A stretch of DNA of 64,000 nt from Sphagnum compactum (taxonomy: Eukaryota), in assembly GCA_965153455.1 (NCBI GenBank), contig OZ234494.1, positions 11,718,001 through 11,782,000 on the forward strand, written 5' to 3'. A model generated the notes under the pieces. It worked only from the letters and a program-made list of their open reading frames with translations, made no database searches and was not told the DNA's origin. The position numbers and the translations under genes were made by a program. Below are positions 40,701-52,400 of this stretch, in pieces. Positions within the stretch are counted from its first letter, which is position 1. The number at the start of each line of letters is the position of its first letter.

Positions 40701-43700
40701 CAGATTGTTTCACACAACTGCTACACACAAGAATTCAGAAATTGTCTTTCCTTCAACATTGGAATTTTGGGTGCTATTATAACAGAAAAATACAAACCAG
40801 TACAAGGAGATATATGTGGAGGCACTCACAGGTCCAGTCTCAAGTATGATAGACACAATGTCAAATGACAAGGACAGGATGCATTGTTGCATCGGATGAA
40901 GCTCCTGCAGATTTCACATGCAACATGAAGGTACCATTAAGACAGAAAAAACATCTACTAGTTCTACAGAGCTGCAACCTCCCTATAGCACCACTTGACA
41001 CTTCTGGTACAAAAGTAACAATATCATGCAACCTTCTCCATATCTACCTTCGCATTTGCCATGTGTCCCACTATTTTGAGGACTGCACTTGACATTGGAG
41101 GTAAAAACCTGCATCAGCAACCACAAATAATTTGTCAGGGTCATTGGCACACTTCCAGATGTAATATAAAGCAGATATAATATATAGCACTATATTAAAA
41201 TTCTATCAGCATAACACAACTTGAAAGAAAGAGAATAATACGATCTACTCAATCTTGCAAAGGTTTTGAAAAAATGATAGTGGTTATAAAGTCCAGCAAT
41301 GACATTTGATGTGAGAGAAATCTCTTCACCTTCAGCAGACTCAACCATGCACATGATCAGTAATCAAATTGCAGGGAATTGAGGAAAACATCAAGCAACC
41401 ACATGTATTTCTTCTCATCAAACGCACTTGCAAGGTACTTTTTGGGAAATGATGCTTCTGGAGTCAGATTGTCTCTCACCTTAATTCCCAGCAACCCTTG
41501 ATGGAGAGTGGAAGTGCAGACATTGAGGGAAGCAATCAGAAATATTACTTGTCAACATGCTTGTGATGCTGTGTTGCTAAGTTGCAACAAATTTGAAGAC
41601 ATCTCTTCCAGAGTTTGAGTCGAGGCTCTGAGTCTGGAAAATCCATCGACCTCTTGAGACCTGTCATATCCAAAAGCACCACAATATCTTGGAACCACAG
41701 TTCCAGACATGTGAGAAGTGATGGTGGCATGTGCACCTTCATCTGTCAACCCTCCCACATGGTCAACCTTGCAATTCAATGAGCCCACAACCTACAACCT
41801 ACACTGCAGCAATCCATGTACAACCAATAATTCATGACTTCACAGGTGATATTTTCAGGCATGAGTTGACTGTGCAAGGAAAGCTTCAATTTTAGATTGA
41901 GCTTACAGCATGGTGGAAGCACTTGCAAATAATAAGCAGGATATTGTCATGCTGGAAAAAAGCCTTCTCTTTTGAGCCTGCAACCTGTAGATGTTTACTG
42001 TAGGTAAGTTGTCAGGATGGCTGATACAAAAGCTGGACAATGCCTGAGAAATCCCAGGGTGTCAGTAAGGTTTCCTCAAGCATGTCATTGCAAAGAAGAA
42101 GAAAAACATGCAAAAGACAAAGAGAACCAGCAAGGCACTTAGCAGCAGCTGCACCCAAGAAATAAATGGGGGTAGACCTGGCTGCATTACCTGTTGTACA
42201 AGACGATGAAACACATCATGCAGAGGTGCAAGAAGCTCCTTACAGATCAGCTCCAATTGATCAGGAACAGGGTCAAGTGCCACCATTGGATCCATGGAAT
42301 ACTACACAACCATGTTTCACCACTTCAGTGTATGTTATGCACATCCTTGACGTACACAAACAGGTGCAATCTGTCAGAATGACTTCTGATTTGATGTTCC
42401 TATGCTACTTGACTGCAAACGATGATCACTTAGCTAGCTAGATGTGTTGCGTGCACAGACATGATTAGAGAATTGACATATACCCGAAATGGTTTGATGA
42501 TTTGTTGGAGGCAGAGAAGGACATTGATTGTCTTGAACCTGGATGGTTTTATATCGATCATCACATCACCGTTCTGTATGGCAGCCTTGAGAGTTGGCAC
42601 AAGCTCAGGCCACATCATAGTTTTTGCAAAATCATTGATTGCAACTTGATGCAACTGCAAACCACAATGTAGGATGGTAAAGATAGAGGGTTCTCAAAAG
42701 TGCATGCCTCAACACCACAGAGAGAGAGTCTGCTGAGTAATGTATGGAGAAACAACTCCTGTGATAAATGTTTCAGTGGTGGACATACTGCTTCTGCCAG
42801 TTGCTTGAGAACAAGTCCATCAATGCACAGCAAGACCTCTACAAGCTGATTCCTGAAGTTACATCTCTCTTTGGCAGACATTGTGCCTCCTTCCTCAGTC
42901 CACTGTTTCTTCAAGAAATTCTTCAAAAATGTTGCAGCTGCCACTCTCTGCCCTTTCTCCTGTCCTTCTGCAAGGATCCCAAGAAGGATAGCTCAGTAGT
43001 CTGTAAATCCAAAAGACTGAGCAATCTTTGAAGAATCATCTGTGAAGACCACCTGTCATTTGTATCTGCTTTTGTATCTGTTCCTGCTTCCAAAACTATG
43101 AATTGGAAGCAAGTAAACAACAAGAACAAGAAGAAGCAGAGACCATCAAACCTCAAGAGCAAGCACAGTGATGGAAATGGGATGGTCACAGAAATACAAT
43201 TCTCTCACAATTCTATCAGATTCATTGGGTTGTTGAATGGGAACAAACAAGAAACCCATTGAGTCTTATACCTGAGAATGTGGAACTCTTCTTCTGCTGT
43301 GCTTTGAAACAAATCCTCTGAGACTGACTTCTGTGGGAGCCATTGGGTTGAATGGGAAGAAACCCATCGAGTCTTACATACCTGAGAGAATGTGGAACTC
43401 TTCTTTTTTTGTGCTCTGAAACAAATCCTCTGAGACGGACTTCTGTAGGATCCACTGGGTTGAATGAGAACAAACCCATCGAGTCTTATACCTGAGAGAA
43501 TGTGGAACTCTTCTGTGCGTTCTGAAAACAATCTGTAAGTCCACCAAGTTCTGTGTCTTGCCGTGATTGAAGAAGTATGGGTTTTGTGCGATTGCTGCAT
43601 AGTTTTGGATGCCATGAAAGGACCACCCATCTCTCTGTCTCACAATCCATGGGTGTGTGTGTGTGTGTGTGTGTGTGCATGCTTGAAGGAAGAGAGAAAC

Positions 43701-43918
43701 AGATTTCACAAATGAGCGTGAAGGAGGTGAGATCCAGATGGCCTTCTTCTACCTGCAGAGAGCGTGAGAAGCAAGAGTGGGAATTGGGGAATGTTGTGTG
43801 CAGCCTCTAGATGCTGAGTCGCTGTTTGTACAACCGCATCACGCGAGCTTGCCACAGCATGCAGCCATTGTGCGATCTGTTCCTGGCCTACACAAGTCAT
43901 GTCCACCATGGCTTCCAT
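34702..43918 (-). CDS. Importin-beta family karyopherin (IBN_N + HEAT/ARM repeats; SAD2-homolog / PLANTKAP-like), about 20 exons
   Basis: Exon 1 43753-43918 (..TATQHLE..PQFPLLLL), exon 2 42789-42967 (GQRVAAATFLKNF), exon 3 42484-42654 (NDF..WPELVPTL). Later exons: LSFDIVSIILETGP, GWQLLAPHFSDLLEKAIFP, EWEEDGDEYLQKNLP, RRSALNLLGLI, MPFLSQFPLP, PYVLANANWLLGELATCLPE, WQPVRASAAGAL, WRACRCSHALLH, an acidic tail with DETEEFLEQY, and last exon 34702-34850. GT-AG junctions wherever checked. Confidence 0.92.
43223..43540. repeat. Intronic tandem repeat, ~112-118 bp x 2.7
   Basis: Units start CA(T/C)TGGGTTG at 43223, 43341 and 43453 and share GAGTCTTA..CCTGAGA..ATGTGGAACTCTTCT. Confidence 0.92.
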
Positions 43919-46435
43919 GTCTCGCTCTGCTCCTTTTCTTCTGCTCACAGCCCCGGCGGCGGTTTCGTCGCCGCTGTTGCGGTGGTCTTCATTGCTTTGG
44001 GCACTGAGAAAAGGAGACACGAAAATAAAATGCAGAGAGTGAGCATCACGGGGAATTCCACAAATTTTTTCTCTTCACAGACGGCGGGAGGAGGCCTCTT
44101 TGAAGCAGCAGAGGCAGTAGGCGACAAAGGAGAAGAAGGAGAACAAAAAAGAGGCGTCTTGGAAGTTGATGCATCCATCCGAGGAAGGTGGGAAGAAGAC
44201 GACGACGATGATGATGATGATGAAGCCATGCAGCACTACTGTCTCTCTCGTGCTCGCTCCCTGTTCACACAAGCGGATGGGTACAGAAGCAAGATACAAT
44301 TCCAGAAACCGCAAACGCAACCTCCAGTCCCCCAGGGGCCGACCAGAATTGCACCGGAAAAGAAGATTTTGCATGTACTTCAAGGCACAGAGAGAGAGAG
44401 AGAAGGGAAGGGAGGGGAGGGGAGTGAGCATTGGGTGAGGGTCCAAGGCTTCGACAGGCGAGACGCGCGCTCTGGAACCCGAGTTTTTTGTGTCCTTTCG
44501 AATCCTGCTGGGAATTCTCTAACAATCCGTGTCTCCAGCAGTTTGTGCAGCGTACCTTGAAGCCGTTCCGGAATGAGTGTTGGAGGATATTGAGGGAAGA
44601 GTGTTCGAGAAGGAGGAGCAAGAGAATTTGCAGATGCAAGGGAATTTTTTTGGCAGTTTCGGAAAGGGAGCTAGAGAGAAGCAGGAGTGGTGTCCATGGG
44701 AAGAAGAAGAGCAGGTGCACTAGTGGTGGTGCCATAGTGCTTCTTCCCTGCTGCTGCTTGCTTCTTCTGCTCTTTGCAATTTTCGCTCAGTGTTCTTCAT
44801 GCCCATCTTTCGGTTCCATGGCATTTCTTATCTTCTTTCATGTTTTCTGGCTCATTCCTGGTGTATCCAATTTGCATGCACCTGGCAAACCATTCAAGCT
44901 CATGCTAAATTGCTGAATTGAGACTGCCACAATATGCCATCATTCAGCTGAAGGCTTTCTATGGAGTCAAGGATTTGGAGTGCTATAAAATGATCGAGGT
45001 CTTACAGGAGAGAGGACATAATGGGCTATTCTGGTTTCTCCACTGTGCAAGGTGGTGATCATGTTCCAGTTTCACAGAATTGTTTCATGCAAGCCTCATT
45101 CCTTGTAGTCATCATCTTCTTCACCCACTCACGCCATGACAGAAGCGGTGGCTGTGGTATATTGATCAGGAAAGAGGGAACCATTTGGAGCTATAGAGCT
45201 TCTTTGCAACTAGCCAGTTCCACCAGCTTTGAAGGACACAGGTTTGAACTCCAGTAAAATCAGACATTGTCCACACAGCAATCTATCATACACCCCTGGT
45301 AGATTTCCTTGTGCAGAATTCCATTTGTAACAAGATGCAGCAGATTGTTGCTCTATTGTCTTCTCCTGATGGAGTGTAGTGGATCAATCCAACAGTTGTA
45401 ATCACATGATTCCATGGATCCAAACTGGAGGTAGGTTGCTCAGAAGCTTATTAGAAGTTACGAATAAGTTTCATGTACCCACAGTACCATGCAACATGTG
45501 ATCCACAAGTAGAGCAATATGCCATGATCCCTCCTCCACATCTGCAGCATTTTGTGAGGAAAAACAATGCCAACCATGACACAGCACACCAAGAACCACT
45601 ACCCAAGACAAATTCCCTATTGTGCTGCAGCATTGAGGAAATAGTCAGCTAGCTCTGATATCAATCTCTACAAGCACACAAAATTCAGCTACTTCTCAAG
45701 ATGCAGGTTTCAGATCCTGAGGTTCAAGTGGATCAAGTGTGAGCTTCTTTCTGATGGATGGGGGGGGCACACTTTCAGGTGAAACAGAGCAACCAAGAAC
45801 ATATAGTGCTGTATTTCATTGGCATCAGAATCTTGGTAGATCTTCAACACATTCAGGAATTTCAGGATGCTGCTCTTGATGGCTATCACTTTCTAGAGTT
45901 TGGCTTCTAACTTCAAAGAGGATGTACTACTTTCACAGCTCTCTCTCTGTGCTTTCAGAACTTTCAAGCAAAATCAAAGTCAAATGGACATAGCTACTCG
46001 GGAGTTTCCAGATCAGATTCAGAAGCTCACAAAATCTGAGGAGATAAGGTGGACCACAATATGTAGGCAGATGTATATAAGGTGCCATTTGCAGAATGCA
46101 AAAAGAATGGTAAAACATTTGCAGATAAGGAGAGATGTTGGAAGCATAGGACCTTTGCTTTACTGAGAGAAGATGAGCACTCAGAACTCAACATCCAGGC
46201 TGTGATATTGAAGGGAATCACTGAAAAGTAATAAGAGAGAGAAGATATGTCTTCTTTTCAACCAAAACTGATTCACGAAAGACTAATAGCACTTGGGGGA
46301 TTTCTGAAAATTTTCAGAGAAACACAAACAAGTACAGATCCCATTCTAAGATTGTGTGAGAGGGAGGCTGTGATGCAACCAAGACTTATCACCATAGCTC
46401 CAGAGGAAAGGAAAACTGAGCTCATGATTGTTTGC

Positions 46436-46983
46436 TCATGATTGTTTGCGGGGTGGTTTGCCAAGTGCACACCTAATAGTTTGACCCATGTTCACCAGAT
46501 CTTGCACCTACACACCATTTTCCAACACATTGGATACACATATAGGATGTTGACCAGCAGGAAAATTCTTCTGACAGAGATATTTCCCAGTGCTGAATAG
46601 CCAAAAAACACAGATTCAAAATGCGCCTATCCTTTGCCATCCTAAACCCTAAAACAGCGAAAATCAAACACAGAAAGTTCTTGTACTGGGGACCACGCGG
46701 ATCATCTCTAAAACTTGCTACTCACCTCTCGAATCCCGCTAGCATGAAGAGCACCGCCAATAGCACAAGCACCACCCCCTAGCATCAACGATGCAATAGA
46801 GAACGCACGGATGGGCATGGATGTCGGACCACCATCACCCCTTTTGTGAAGCACAGCTGCACCCAGCAATTGGGTGGCGGAAAAAATGGCCCACATCGTT
46901 GTGTGCATAGAATTATAGCTACCGCCATTACCATCGTGATGATTAACAGCGACAACAACAGAAGAGTCTTGATCACTACTCAT
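46436..46983 (-). CDS. Small (109 aa) predicted membrane protein, two exons, uncharacterised plant family
   Basis: Exon 1 46726-46983 MSSDQ..WAIFSATQLLGAAV..PIRAFSIASLMLGGGACAIGGALHASGIRE ends at GTGAGT. Exon 2 46436-46507 follows TGTAG and reads VQDLVNMGQTIRCALGKPPRKQS*. Phase-0 junction; two hydrophobic Gly/Ala-rich segments. Confidence 0.85.
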
Positions 46984-47233
46984 GAATGCAGCAAAAATCA
47001 GCTCCACAGAGCAATTCCAAAGCACGCAATCTTCTTCTTCTTCTTCTGATGCTTACAGATTTCTACATAGAAATTCTTGATATGAGGAGAGATCTTGACC
47101 CATGGAAGCTAATTTATGGATCCTTCGAAAGAACCCAATAAAACCAATTTTAGTTGTTTGGTGCATATACCTATGATTTGGGTGTGGGATATGGAACTCA
47201 AAACTTAAAGGGTTGTGGGTGCCAGCGATGTTT

Positions 47234-47426
47234 TAGGGTTTTGGGTCTAGGGTTTGGAATCTTTGGGTCATGTATGTTGTTGTAAAAGCCTCGTAGGCTT
47301 CTGTCAAGTTTGAAGAAAACATTTGTCTCTAGTGACATTGTTCAAATTGATGTCTTGAATTGTTTTTTTGCAAGTTGTATTAGTGAATTAGTACTCAAAT
47401 TTTGCATGTCTTTTGCATGTGGCCCA
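47234..47426 (-). promoter_or_regulatory. Two telo-boxes (AAACCCTA) and a site II motif (TGGGCC) upstream of the small gene
   Basis: TAGGGTTT at 47234-47241 and 47248-47255; GGCCCA at 47421-47426. These lie ~250-440 bp upstream of the ATG. Confidence 0.45.
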
Positions 47427-47939
47427 TTCAAAATATAAGCAAATTGCAAGGAGCTTTTAACAAGAATTTGAAGCTTTTAACACCTGGTTCTTTGATTTTG
47501 TTGAGGGATGCATAAACCCTCACATTTATATGTACAATTTAAACTTGTAATTTTTTTCTCACAAGCACTAATAAATAAGGTGTTGGCACATTATTTGTGT
47601 TGTTTGTGTTGCAAATGGCATCTCATAACCTACCCAAATGTAAGTTATTAAACATATTTTAATATTTTGATAATTAATTATTAAATTAATAATTCATCAC
47701 ACAATGAACATTTATTTTTCATTAATAATGAATAAAATTCATTCATCCTCATCCTCATTTCATTCATAAATGTGCAATTAGGAAAGTGTTTCAAATTTGT
47801 TTTTTGGACAATGCATTATACAAAAGCTTCTTTGAATTAGGTCCTTAAACAAATATACATAAACATAGTCTTCTCATCCTTTAATCCATTAAACTATAGT
47901 TTAAGATACAACCTCATGTTTTGGTCTTATAGTTTTTAA

Positions 47940-48532
47940 TAAATAGGCATGGAGGCCGATTGGCGGCGCCGAATTATGAGGGATGGAACTACCATTATGG
48001 GCGGAGTCGGTTTGGAGCTGTAATGGGGGGAGGAAAAGAGTAGAGAGAGGGAAGTAAAGGATCGGGGTAGAGGACAGTGAGGAGGTTTAGTTAGTGGCAG
48101 GAGAGCTTGGCTTAATGCTGGAATTTTCCGCTGCGCCTGGTAACTGGCCAAGCTGCTGTAGAGAAATTCGGGAGAGAGAGAGAGATCAGACAGAACTAGG
48201 AATGTGGTGGTTTGTGAACTTCTGATGGAAGTCAGGCTTGTGCTTTCGAGCGATGTATATAGTTTGTAATGAAAGAGTTTCCTTGCCTGGCAATTGTGTG
48301 AGTGGGCGAGGCAGGAGACGGATGATGTGAAATCTGCCCTGTTGTTGTGTGAAAGCAAAGCACTTGTTTATCTCTGGTCTTGCAATGTGTGTCTGTGAGA
48401 GTCAGTAGGCAGTTAGCGTGTTGTGTGATGATCAGAGGTTTGAGTTGTGTGTAGAAGATCAGGAGAACGTGGACGCTTGGGGTCGCGCAGGCAGTCAGTG
48501 TACTGTGTGATCTCGAACCCTCTCTTTTTGGT
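47940..48532 (+). repeat. 5' LTR (lacks the first ~187 bp and the terminal TACA)
   Basis: Aligns without gaps to 55007-55599; about 13 substitutions in 593 bp by manual count. Confidence 0.93.
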
Positions 48533-48540
48533 ATCAGAGC
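48529..48540 (+). promoter_or_regulatory. Primer-binding site for initiator tRNA-Met
   Basis: TGGTATCAGAGC directly at the end of the 5' LTR. Confidence 0.93.
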
Positions 48541-48605
48541 GTGGTTCCGTGTTTACAACCTTAGTAGAACTTGTAGATGCTTAGGTAGAATGATTGTTGA
48601 GGATC

Positions 48606-49263
48606 ATGTCTTCGTCTAGCGGCAAGGAAGTTCCTGTAGAGCAAGTGACTTAGGAGATTCGTGAGCAACAGCTTGTTAATAGATTTGATTTCTTTATTGT
48701 CCAGAACGGACCACAGAGAGGAGCGGTGATTTTGCGCTTTTTAGGCTTTGGAGTGGTGAGACTTGTAGGGATAGATCCTGACGAAGCTAGAGTAGGAGAT
48801 ATTGCGGTAGAAGTGGCTCATAGTGGTTTCTATACTCGTGCACGAGTGTGGTTGAAGGTAATCGATGGAGCAAGGGGGTGGGCATCGACCTCAGAACTAC
48901 ATACCAATTTTTACTTCACCTCCTATCTTGCGTAGAGTAGCTCCTGCATGTGCTGAGAGACAGCGTGCACTACCGAGGCTAGGCGATATTTGGGTTCCTA
49001 AGTCTGCAGTGTCACCTAACCATTTTGTGAGATTGTACATCCCTGGTGTGGAGGATCTATTTCAGGAGGGAGATCGATTACTTCGGGTGGAGCATGGCGA
49101 ATCGAGATCCCGCCTCATTAGCTGGAGGATATGGCGAAGCCAGGATGGAGAATGGAAATTCCAACAAGAGTCGACGGATGAGCAGAAATTCACCACTGTT
49201 CCATCCTCTATTGCACCTTTGAATCCGATCGTGGAAGGAGCTCAATCCGAGTTTGATGGGTGA
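48606..49263 (+). pseudogene. Extra ORF (~219 codons) between PBS and gag, unknown function, one stop and one frameshift
   Basis: ATG 48606 MSSSSGKEVPVEQVT*(TAG 48651)EIREQQ.. is in frame with ORF 48726-48935, which overlaps ORF 48865-49263 in another frame. Confidence 0.7.
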
Positions 49264-49414
49264 CTCGGACAACAATTTTTGTTTTTTTCAAGAGTCAGAA
49301 CTAAGTTGCAGGAGTTGAGAGTCTGATCAATTTTGTTTGCATCTGTTTTGATTTGGAGAAGCTGTGTGTGAAGAGAAGTGCTGCATTTTTGTTGTGTTGC
49401 TGAACTTCTGTGAG

Positions 49415-52400
49415 ATGACGAGTCCTCAGGGTATGGATGAGTTGTTCTGGGGACGAGATCATGAAGATGTAAATGATTGGGCGGAGCGACTTACCATGGC
49501 CGCCGAAGTGCGCGATCTCAATGCTGACAAACTGTTCAAGATCGCCAAGTTGAATTTGCACGGTCGAGCCAAGGAATGGTTTAAGCGGCTGCAGCCGGTG
49601 CCAGCCAATTGGAATGAGATGAGACCGCTGATCGTGCAGAAGTACGGGAATGTAGATGCTGATGACATCCGAATGAAAATGGATGCCATCAAGCAAGAAC
49701 CCAAAGAAAGGGTTCAGAAATATTTCGAACGACTAGACAAGTTGCTTTGGAAAGGCCAAATACAAGATGTAGAGCAGAGGAGGAGATTCCTGGCCAGACT
49801 AAGGCCAGAGATCCGAAAGCTGTGTGTGGTGAGGACGTTCGCAGACATCGAAGAATTGGTTGGAGCTGCAACAGAGGTAGAAAGAGTTATGGGTGAACTC
49901 GGGGAAACACCGTATGAGCCTCTTCGAGAGGAGCAGGAAGAAGAGACGTCGGTGAGCAATGTGGAGAAGCAGGTCACTGCTCTGAACAACACCCTCATCA
50001 ATTTCTTTAAGGGGGCTGCGTCGAATCCAGAAGCATCATCATCTGCCACCGTGTTCAAGGGATGCCAAATCTGTAAAGGGAAGGACCATATGGCCACCAG
50101 CTGTCCGAGGCTGAATGAAGCACGGCCTAAATGTGCCAAGTGCAAATTGCCTCATAGGACAGAAAATTGTGGTATGAAGTGTTCTTTCTGTTCAGGATTG
50201 GGACATTCTGAGGACCGATGCTGGAAGAAGCCCAAGGATGGGCAATCGCAATCTGGAGCGGCAAACTTCCTAGAGGTGATGCTGAGTGATGAGGCAGCGA
50301 CTGAACAACAGCTTAACAAGTTGTGTGGCAATGAAGGCCTGTTCTCTTATACCAGAGTACCAAGGAGGAGAACTCCCGTCGAAGTGACGCCAGAAAGGCC
50401 TGGACCTATCCCTGAAACTGTAGGAGAAGGAATTGGAGCAGGACGAGATTCATCTGTCAGATCCAAGATTCTGTCACATTTCATAAAGGGAAAGGTTTCC
50501 CTCTCGCCCATGGAGACCATTCTGATGATCCCTGGAGAGCTAGAGCACCTTGAAAGCTTGGTGAAATTAGCAAGGAGGAAGAGGGATTCGGAAGCGACTG
50601 AGAATCAAGTCTCGGTAGTCTTTGCGATCCCATCATTACGAAAGATCTGCATCAACAAGACCCATCGAAGTAAAACTCTGCATTTGTTGGTGGAGATCAG
50701 CAACTACATTGTGGAAGGTCTGGTTGATACGGGAGCCCCCATGTTGGTGATGGCGGCTGCTGTTGTCAGAGAGCTGGGCATGATGCATCTTGTGACAGGT
50801 ACTGAAACCTACAAGACTGCATCAGGAGTAATTACACAGGCATTAGGAAGGATAGATGAGATACCAGTCAAGGTAGGAGGCGTGCAGTGCGCCATGACCT
50901 TCATGGTTGTGGACACAGATAGCTACGATGTGCTTCTGGGACTGGACTTTTTGATGAAGATTGGAGCAGTAGTGGACGTAGAACGAGGTCTGCTACAGGT
51001 GAGACATGGTCTTGGGACCAATGTAGAGGTCATGCCGTTGACAGTGGTAAACTTACTGCAGCACACGAATTCGGGAGCGCTGGGACCAAAGACGCCGGCC
51101 ACCTGGAAGGACACACGCGCCGATCGAGATCCTGACCGGATGCCGGAATAGGGTCAGGCAAGTGGGACCAAGGAGGATGACGCGGACACCTCGGATTCTG
51201 ATGCTGACACTGATAGCAGTGAATGCTATGAGTCAGAATCTAATCAGCTGCAACAGGTTGACTATGAGGAGGAGTTTAAGGATGCTGACTTGGAAGAACT
51301 GGTGAACTCTGAAGGGCCGCAAGAAATGTTGCGACTCATGCTACAAGAGCAAGGTGATGCGCTCATGACAGAGGAGCTCACCAATTCAGATGATTACGCA
51401 GATTGGATCAGGGGGGTATCTGATGTAGAACAAAGCAGGCGAGCTGCGTACGGATCCACGCAAGGTCTACCTGACCCGTTGCAGCTGCAGCAACCGATAC
51501 CGACCATCAATTCTTCGATGCTAGTATTACTACAGACCGTCCATATGAGGGATGGTGACCTTGATTACAAACCCGCTGAGAAATTAACAACTACCAGTCC
51601 TCTACAAATGGAACATAGGTGGAAAGAGATCTGCCAGATAATCAGGATAGATACCGAATTGGATGATGAAAGTAAGGAGCAGATCTGGGGAATGTTGGAA
51701 CAATACCAAGATGTCTTTGCTTGGAACAAGGGGGAACTTGGCTGCTGCACCATTGGAGAACATTACATAGATACGCAGGGGTTCCCACCCTGCAAAGCAT
51801 CCCCTGGTCGATTGTCTTACTGGGAGGAGGCTGAGGTAAAAAGGCAAATAGATGTTTTGGTAGAATTGGGTAAGATGAAACCCAGTAACTCCGAGTATGC
51901 TTGCCGAGTGACACTGCCAGTGAAGAAAGATGGAAGCAGACGCTTCTGTGGCGATTATCGACCACTCAACGCACAAACGCGTCGAGATTTGTTCCCAATG
52001 CCGCTTGTGGAAGATGTAATTGATCAGCTGGGAAACTCATCATGGTTCACTGCTTTGGACCTGCAGTCGGGTTTTTGGCAGATTCGGATGGCCCCTGAGG
52101 ACATAAAGAAGACCGCGCTAATCACCAAGACTGGGATATATGACTAGGCAGTTATGCCATTCGGGCTGAAGAATGCCACGAGTACATTCACACGAACCAT
52201 GTCTAAAGTTTTCAAGGACTTAAGCAGTAAGTTTCTTAAGGTGTTCGTTGATGACCTCAATGTACACAGTGAGAGTTGGGGCGAACATCTCCAACACCTG
52301 AATGCGGTTCTCTGCAAGCTCAGGGAAGTAAACCTTAAACTAAATCCAAACAAATGTTGTTTTGCTGCTAAGTCAATCACATTTCTGGGCCATGTGGTAA

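Noticed and set aside
43811-44916. Plus-strand ORFs of 249 and 161 aa
   Set aside because: Antisense to importin exon 1 and its GC/SSR-rich leader; low complexity and no motifs.
47936-48358. 140-aa minus-strand ORF, repeated at 55006-55425
   Set aside because: Antisense reading of the purine-rich LTR. It is duplicated only because the LTRs are, and it is Ser/Leu/Pro-rich with no domain.
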